Positions 58,457 to 64,000 of a DNA stretch of 64,000 nucleotides are shown here, piece by piece (within the stretch, counting starts at the first letter, position 1; each line of letters begins with the position of its first letter). The notes beneath the pieces were generated by a model, which was not told where the DNA came from, did not search any database, and saw nothing but the letters and a program-made list of their open reading frames with translations. The stretch spans positions 3,423-67,422 of the forward strand of contig JAPSIC010000002.1 of the NCBI GenBank assembly GCA_031179165.1, written 5' to 3'. Both the position numbers and the translations under genes were made by a program. Origin of the DNA: Brevibacterium sp. (lineage in GTDB: Bacteria; Actinomycetota; Actinomycetes; Actinomycetales; Brevibacteriaceae).

Positions 58457-59334
58457 TTCACTCCTGATTCAGCGGAACCGTATTTGCGTTCGAGGACCCG
58501 CGACAGGTACGACAGCGGGATCGTGATGATGAGGTAGCACAGGGCGACGACGATGAAGGGCGTGAGGTTCGCCGTGTTGACGATCTCGGCGCGGGCCAGT
58601 GCGGTGAGCTCACGGCCGTCGACGGAGGAACCGAGGATGTAGGCCAGCGATGAGTCCTTCGTCAGCAGGATCAGCTCATTGGTCAGCGGCGGCAGGATGA
58701 TGCGCATCGCCTGCGGCAGCACGATGGTGAACATCGCCCGCGACGACGACATGCCCAGTGAGCGGGCGGCTTCGACCTGGCCCTTCGGCACGGCCTGGAT
58801 GCCGGCGCGGATGGTCTCGGCCATGTAGGCCGAGGACACGAGTGCCAGGGCGACCATGATGATGTAGAGCCTCGGGAGCTGGAAGCCGGGGAACGCGAGC
58901 GGCAGGCCGAAGCCCATCACGAGGAACACGACCAGGGCGGGCAGGCCGCGGAAGAACTCGATGTAGATGAAGGCCAGCCACCGGTAGACCCCGACCGAGG
59001 ACAGGCGCATGAGTGCGAGCACGATGGCGATGGCCAGGCCGAGGACGAAGCCGAGGAGGGTGAACACGACCGTGTTCTTCAGCGCCTGGGTGACGACGTC
59101 GGGGAACATCCCGACGGCGATGTCGACGCGACCGAAGGTGTCGATCAACGTGGACCAGTCGGCCATGAAGGCGACGACGACGGCGATGACGACGAGCAGG
59201 CCGTACTGGATGCCGCGGGAGATCTTCGCCTTCTGCCGGCGGCTCATCTTCGCCTTCGGAGTCGCGGCCGGCGGTGATGATGGCGACGGACGGTCTGTCC
59301 CGCCGCCGTCGTTGGTGGTGCGAGGAGTCGACAT
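58453..59334 (-). CDS. Polar amino acid ABC transporter permease
   Basis: [35 protein letters not shown]. Confidence 0.92.
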   Translation of the reverse strand: MSTPRTTNDGGGTDRPSPSSPPAATPKAKMSRRQKAKISRGIQYGLLVVIAVVVAFMADWSTLIDTFGRVDIAVGMFPDVVTQALKNTVVFTLLGFVLGLAIAIVLALMRLSSVGVYRWLAFIYIEFFRGLPALVVFLVMGFGLPLAFPGFQLPRLYIIMVALALVSSAYMAETIRAGIQAVPKGQVEAARSLGMSSSRAMFTIVLPQAMRIILPPLTNELILLTKDSSLAYILGSSVDGRELTALARAEIVNTANLTPFIVVALCYLIITIPLSYLSRVLERKYGSAESGVK

Positions 59335-59526
59335 GAGTGAAGTCCTTCACTGTGAGGGCGGAACCGGTTCGGTCATGCCCCGACTGCTGGGTTTGGGAGC
59401 GTGGTCACCGAACCGGCCGGAGCGCAGATGCTCCGGCCGGATCGGCGGCACCGGGTCAGCCGGGTGCGGAGGGCCTCCGCCGCTCCGCAGTTCTGCGGGC
59501 GTCGGAATGGTCCTCAAGCTCTCGGA

Positions 59527-60330
59527 TCATTCCTTGGGCGCGTCCTTGCCGAACCACTTCTTGTAGATCTCGTTGTACTTCCCGCTGTCCTTGAGCTCCT
59601 TGACGGTGTCGTCGACGGCCTTCTTCATCGCCGTGTTGCCCTTCTTCATCGCGATGCCGTAGGACTCTCCGGTGTCGATGTCGAAGCCGACGGCGAAGCC
59701 ATCGTTGTTGGCAGCGTAATCGTAGAGCACACCGTTGTCGTTGATGACGGCGTCAGCCTGGCCGTTCTTCAGGGCCTCGAGGGAGAGCGGGAGGTCTTCG
59801 TAGGTGATGACCTCGGCGTCGGTGAAGTTCTCCGTCGCGTAGTCGAGGCCGGTGGTTCCCGCCTGTGCGGCGATCTTGAGGCCCTTGAGGTCACCGGCGG
59901 CCTTGACGTTCTTGTCGTCCTTGGTCAGGATCGCCTGGTTGGCTGCGAAGTACGGTTCGGAGAAGTCGATGGCCTCCTGGCGCTCGGGCGTGATGGTGAT
60001 CGCGGCCGCGGCGACGTCGCACTGGTTCTGGGCGAAAGAGGCGCCAGAGGTGATCGGCTCGAAGGGGACGTTGACGATCTCCTGCTCGACCCCGAGCTTC
60101 TCGGCCACGGCATCGACGATGTCGACGTCGAAGCCGACGACCTCGCCGTCCTTCTCGAACTGGAACGGCTGGTAGGACAGATGGGTGCAGGTGGTCAGCT
60201 TCCCTTCCTTGACCAGGGGGACCCCGCCCTCACCGGTCGCCTGCGGCTCGGATTCGCCTCCGCCGCCGCATGCGGACAGGGCGAGCATGGCACTTACGGC
60301 CACTGTGGCCAGAGTGATCCGTCGCTTCAT
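59527..60330 (-). CDS. Polar amino acid ABC transporter substrate-binding lipoprotein
   Basis: LSAC lipobox, YQPF, GFDVD, ITITPER, DFSEPY. Confidence 0.92.
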   Translation of the reverse strand: MKRRITLATVAVSAMLALSACGGGGESEPQATGEGGVPLVKEGKLTTCTHLSYQPFQFEKDGEVVGFDVDIVDAVAEKLGVEQEIVNVPFEPITSGASFAQNQCDVAAAAITITPERQEAIDFSEPYFAANQAILTKDDKNVKAAGDLKGLKIAAQAGTTGLDYATENFTDAEVITYEDLPLSLEALKNGQADAVINDNGVLYDYAANNDGFAVGFDIDTGESYGIAMKKGNTAMKKAVDDTVKELKDSGKYNEIYKKWFGKDAPKE

Positions 60331-60529
60331 TCTTCCTCCAAGAGACTCAGTGACTTGTGGTCACAAACGGTGGCCGTCCCTGCGTCGATGCGGGGACGGC
60401 GTCTGGAAGAATCGTACCGTGTCATGAGTCACACGGCGGGATGGGAGTTCCAGCCAAGTCAGTTGTGACTGAATCGTAGCCTTCGGCGGATGCGTCGCGG
60501 GCCCGACCATTCGGCACCATCGGGGCAGG

Positions 60530-60967
60530 TCACGGGCGCGGAGCAACTGGGCGTGCGCCTTCTGATCCTGTCTCTTGGCGATGCGCCGGGCTTCCGGCTC
60601 GCTGGACGAATTCGTCCGCGCAATCGACGACGCAGAACCGATTGCCCTCCGGGTCCTCCATGACGACGAAATCAGCATCCGGGGGTTGGCGATCCCACCG
60701 GATACGCGTGGCTCCGAGTGCCTCCAGGCGGTCCACCTCCGCGGTCTGATCATCGGCGTAGAGGTCGAGGTGGATCTTCGGTGGCAGCGCGCGCGGCGTG
60801 GACACCGCGTCCAGAGAGACATTCGGGCTGTTGCCTGCACGAGGCTTGAGGAGCGTGAACTCGTCCTCGGCGGGTTCGCGGACGACGTAGTCCAGCGCTT
60901 GAGTCCAGAAGACGATCTGGCGAGCCATATCGTCGACGCGGATGACGATCGATCCGATGGTCAGCAT
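60530..60967 (-). CDS. VOC/glyoxalase family protein
   Basis: FWTQALDY, IHLDL, DPEGNRFCVV; TATGCT 7 nt upstream of the ATG. Confidence 0.82.
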   Translation of the reverse strand: MLTIGSIVIRVDDMARQIVFWTQALDYVVREPAEDEFTLLKPRAGNSPNVSLDAVSTPRALPPKIHLDLYADDQTAEVDRLEALGATRIRWDRQPPDADFVVMEDPEGNRFCVVDCADEFVQRAGSPAHRQETGSEGARPVAPRP

Positions 60968-61063
60968 GCAGGGAAGCATACTCTCGACTCCTGTCATGCC
61001 GGCCTGCCGGTCGGGTTCTGAATCGATTCCGGGCTGCCCTCACTGGTGGTCCCGGACAGCAGT

Positions 61064-61091
61064 GTGGGCCCCACTTCGCAGTGGGGCCCAC
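61064..61091. repeat. Stand-alone REP-like palindrome of the same family as 56463-56490
   Basis: gtgggccccact-tcgc-agtggggcccac (perfect 12-bp stem). Confidence 0.8.
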
Positions 61092-61141
61092 GTGGACTTC
61101 TACATTCTCAACTGGCAGTATCGAGACCCGCTTCAGCGCCG

Positions 61142-62584
61142 TCAGGCGAGGTCGGATTCCATGTCGATGTCCGAGGTGTCCTCGGCCAGCCACAGGGCGA
61201 TGATCGTCAGCACCGAGGCGGCGATGATGTAGAGGCCGCAGTAGAAGATCGTTCCGTCCTCGGCCTGCCACAGGGCGACCATGGCGAACGGCGCCGGGCC
61301 CGCGCCGATGACCCCGGCCATATTGTAGGCGACGGCCGAACCGGTGTAGCGGACGTTCGCGGGGAACAGCTCGGGCAGGTAGGCGGCCATCGGGCCGAAC
61401 GTCAGTCCCATCAAGATGAAGCCGATGATGAGGCCCGCGATGACACCCGAGGTGCCGCCGTTGAACAGGACGTTGACGGACAGGCCGTAGGCGGCGATGA
61501 GCACGGTCACGCCCAGCAGCATCTTCCGCCGTCCGAGCTTCTCGGCCAATGGGCCGGAGACGAGGGTGAAGATGCCGAAGAACACGACCCCGATGATCAG
61601 GTAGACGAGGAACTCATCCTTCGTGTACCCGAGCCCCGCGACGAAGCCGGCCGGATCGAAGGGCTTGCCCGCGGCCTCGGCGGCGGCCTGGGCCTGTTCG
61701 ACCGATGCCGGGGAGGTCCCGTACGTGAGGGTGAAGGCGGTCATGAAGTAGAAGATCACGTAGGTCGCGAGCATGATGAAGGTGCCGAGGAGCAGCGGCT
61801 TCCAGCTCGAGACGAACACCCGGGAGATCGGGGCGCGGGTGACCTGCTGGCGCTGCTCGACGAGCTGGAACGCCGGCGTCTCCATGAGCGAGAGTCGCAC
61901 GTACAGGCCGACGGCCACGAGCAGCGCGGAGAGCAGGAACGGGATGCGCCAGCCCCACGCGAGGAAGTCCTCCGGGGTGGTCCACCGCGCGAGGGCGATG
62001 AACATGAGGTTGGTGAGGATGAAGCCGGCAGGAGCACCCAGCTGGGGGAACGTGCCCCAGATGGCTCTCTTGCCCTTCGGCGCGTTCTCGGTCGCCAGCA
62101 GTGCTGCTCCCGACCATTCGCCGCCGAGCCCGACACCCTGGGCGAAGCGCAGCAGGACGAGGAACAGGGGTGCCAGGACCACCCAGCCGGGAGTGGCGGC
62201 GGTGGGGAGGAGGCCGATGAGGAAGGTGCCGATGCCCATGATGAGCAGCGAGGCGACCAGTGTCTTCTTGCGTCCGATCCGGTCACCGTAGTGGCCGAAG
62301 ATGACGGAGCCCACGGGGCGGGCGACGAAGGCGACGCCGAAGATTGCGAAGGAGCTGAGCAGCTGCGTCGTCGAAGTCTGGTTGGGGAAGAACAGCGCGG
62401 GGAAGACCAGCGACGAGGCCGTGGCGTAGGCGTAGAAGTCGAAGAACTCGATCGTGGTGCCGACCATCGAGGCGGTGAGGACCTTGCCTCGGGTGTTGGT
62501 CTTGCGAGCCAGCGCGATGGAGTCGGCGGCCGCGGTGTCCTGCGAGTTCGAGTGAGGACCAGAGGGGTGGGTTTCGGTGGACAT
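61142..62584 (-). CDS. MFS transporter, MHS (metabolite:H+ symporter) family
   Basis: GTTIEFFDF, ARPVG..IFGHYGDRIGRK, QGVGLGGEWSGA, ELFP..VRYTG. Confidence 0.92.
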   Translation of the reverse strand: MSTETHPSGPHSNSQDTAAADSIALARKTNTRGKVLTASMVGTTIEFFDFYAYATASSLVFPALFFPNQTSTTQLLSSFAIFGVAFVARPVGSVIFGHYGDRIGRKKTLVASLLIMGIGTFLIGLLPTAATPGWVVLAPLFLVLLRFAQGVGLGGEWSGAALLATENAPKGKRAIWGTFPQLGAPAGFILTNLMFIALARWTTPEDFLAWGWRIPFLLSALLVAVGLYVRLSLMETPAFQLVEQRQQVTRAPISRVFVSSWKPLLLGTFIMLATYVIFYFMTAFTLTYGTSPASVEQAQAAAEAAGKPFDPAGFVAGLGYTKDEFLVYLIIGVVFFGIFTLVSGPLAEKLGRRKMLLGVTVLIAAYGLSVNVLFNGGTSGVIAGLIIGFILMGLTFGPMAAYLPELFPANVRYTGSAVAYNMAGVIGAGPAPFAMVALWQAEDGTIFYCGLYIIAASVLTIIALWLAEDTSDIDMESDLA

Positions 62585-62748
62585 GTTCCTTGTGCTTCGT
62601 CAGATCGTCAGGGTCGGCGCGAGTGAGGGTGGCTCGTGTCGGTCGATTGCAGCTCGGGGTGTCGTCCGCAACCGTTGAACTTTACGCCTGGGACCGGTCG
62701 CTCGGGCCCGTGATCTCACTAGTTGAGAACTGCAGGCGGATCCGACAG

Positions 62749-62808
62749 GGTGGAGCACTCTACGGGGCCGGCACGGTGGCGCACTCTACGGGGCCGGCAC
62801 GGTGTCGC
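62749..62808 (+). repeat. 26-bp tandem repeat, 2 copies
   Basis: ggtggMgcactctacggggccggcac at 62749 and 62775. Confidence 0.9.
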
Positions 62809-62837
62809 GGCCCCGGGGAACTGGACCGACCCGGACC

Positions 62838-64000
62838 TCAGTCCTCGATCCGAGTCCGCGGGCGCTGGGAGGCGGGGCTGCGTCGGCGCAGGACGATCGC
62901 CACCGTCAGAACGAGGAGACCGGCGACGCACAGGCCCACGCCCACCCATGCCGGAGCCCGGTAGCCCAGGCCGGCGCTGATGACGATGCCGCCGAGCCAG
63001 GCGCCGAGCGCGTTGGCGAAGTTGAACGCGGCGTGGTTCATGGCCGCGCTCAGGCTCGGGGCGTCGGTGGAGTCGCGCAGCAGGCGCATCTGCAGGGAAG
63101 TGGTGATCATCGAGCCGGCGATGCCGATGAGGAAGAGCGCGATGATTGCGATCGCCGCGACGGAGGTGAACGCGCCGAATGTGGCCAGGACGAGGGCGGA
63201 GAGGATCATCCCCGCGACTCCGGAGCGTTCGATGGACTTGTCGACGAGGGGACCGGCGATGAGGGAGCCTGCGGTCATACCCAGTCCGTAGACGGCGAGG
63301 ACCCAGGGGATGGCCGCGGTGGGGACGCCGGCGACCTCGGTCATGGTGGGAGTGATGTAGGTGTAGACGGCGAACATGCCGCCGAATCCGACGGATCCCG
63401 CGACAAGGGTGAGGATGATCTGGGGTCGGGCGAGCGCCTTCATCTCGCCTCGCGCCGACGGGGCCTGGGACAGCTTCACCCGAGGGACGGCGACGGCGAC
63501 CATGATGACGGTGAGCACTCCGAGTGCGGCGACGAGGGCGTAGGCGCTGCGCCAGCCGAGCATGTTGCCCAGCGCTGCGGCGAAGGGCACACCGAAGATG
63601 TTGGCGATCGTGAGCCCGAGCATGACGCGGGCCATCGCCCTGCCGCGGCGATTCGGCGCTGCCAGGGAGGCGGCGACGATCGCACCGACGCCGAGGTAGG
63701 CGCCGTGGGGCAGGCCGCTGGCGAAGCGGGCGATGTTGAACAGCGTGGCGCTGGGAGCGAGCATCGAGGCGATGTTGCCGAGGGCGAAGAGCCCCATCAG
63801 CCCGAGCAGCAGGTTCTTGCGATCCACATGTGCCGCGATCGTCGTGATCAGCGGGGCGCCGACGACGACCCCGATCGCGTAGAACGAGACCGCGTGCCCG
63901 GCCTGCGGGACGGTGATGCCGAGGCCGGCCGCGATGTCGGGGAGGAGCCCCATGGTCGCGAACTCCGTGACGCCGATGCCGAACGCGCCGATGGCCAGAG
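62838..64000 (-). CDS. MFS transporter, DHA1/AraJ-like (5' end outside the window)
   Basis: F.IGVTEFATMGLL, GLPHGAY, GLTIANIFGVP, AFNFANALGA. Confidence 0.9.
   Translation of the reverse strand, partial: LAIGAFGIGVTEFATMGLLPDIAAGLGITVPQAGHAVSFYAIGVVVGAPLITTIAAHVDRKNLLLGLMGLFALGNIASMLAPSATLFNIARFASGLPHGAYLGVGAIVAASLAAPNRRGRAMARVMLGLTIANIFGVPFAAALGNMLGWRSAYALVAALGVLTVIMVAVAVPRVKLSQAPSARGEMKALARPQIILTLVAGSVGFGGMFAVYTYITPTMTEVAGVPTAAIPWVLAVYGLGMTAGSLIAGPLVDKSIERSGVAGMILSALVLATFGAFTSVAAIAIIALFLIGIAGSMITTSLQMRLLRDSTDAPSLSAAMNHAAFNFANALGAWLGGIVISAGLGYRAPAWVGVGLCVAGLLVLTVAIVLRRRSPASQRPRTRIED

Overview
This is a high-GC (~70%) actinobacterial chromosomal segment. Gene content and order look like Micrococcales, probably Brevibacterium-like (inference). 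Most of it is core or metabolic. It holds a polyamine uptake/catabolism operon, a DUF222-HNH gene, a purine region with an in-frame PurD-PurC fusion plus purF-purM, a class 3 asparaginase, catalase, a partial hydroxyproline cluster, aconitase, acyl-CoA dehydrogenase, a tRNA Glu-Asp-Phe-Asp cluster, a large Orn/Lys/Arg decarboxylase and ABC/MFS transporters. No integrase, DDE transposase, prophage or CRISPR array was seen. Five observations stand out. (1) A lower-GC AbiEi/DUF559-like nuclease gene (56611-57597) is boxed by two long GCCCCAC-core hairpins, with free copies of the same palindrome elsewhere. This is a REP/REPIN-like layout without a HUH transposase. (2) A C45 Ntn-hydrolase is fused to a C-terminal HTH, with two GTGTCAA-N7-TTGAC palindromes over its own leaderless promoter. 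(3) purD and purC are fused. (4) Several tandem duplications repeat a gene's own stop-codon context. (5) There is a two-gene HTTM/gamma-carboxylase-like module. All family assignments come from motif recognition, not database searches.
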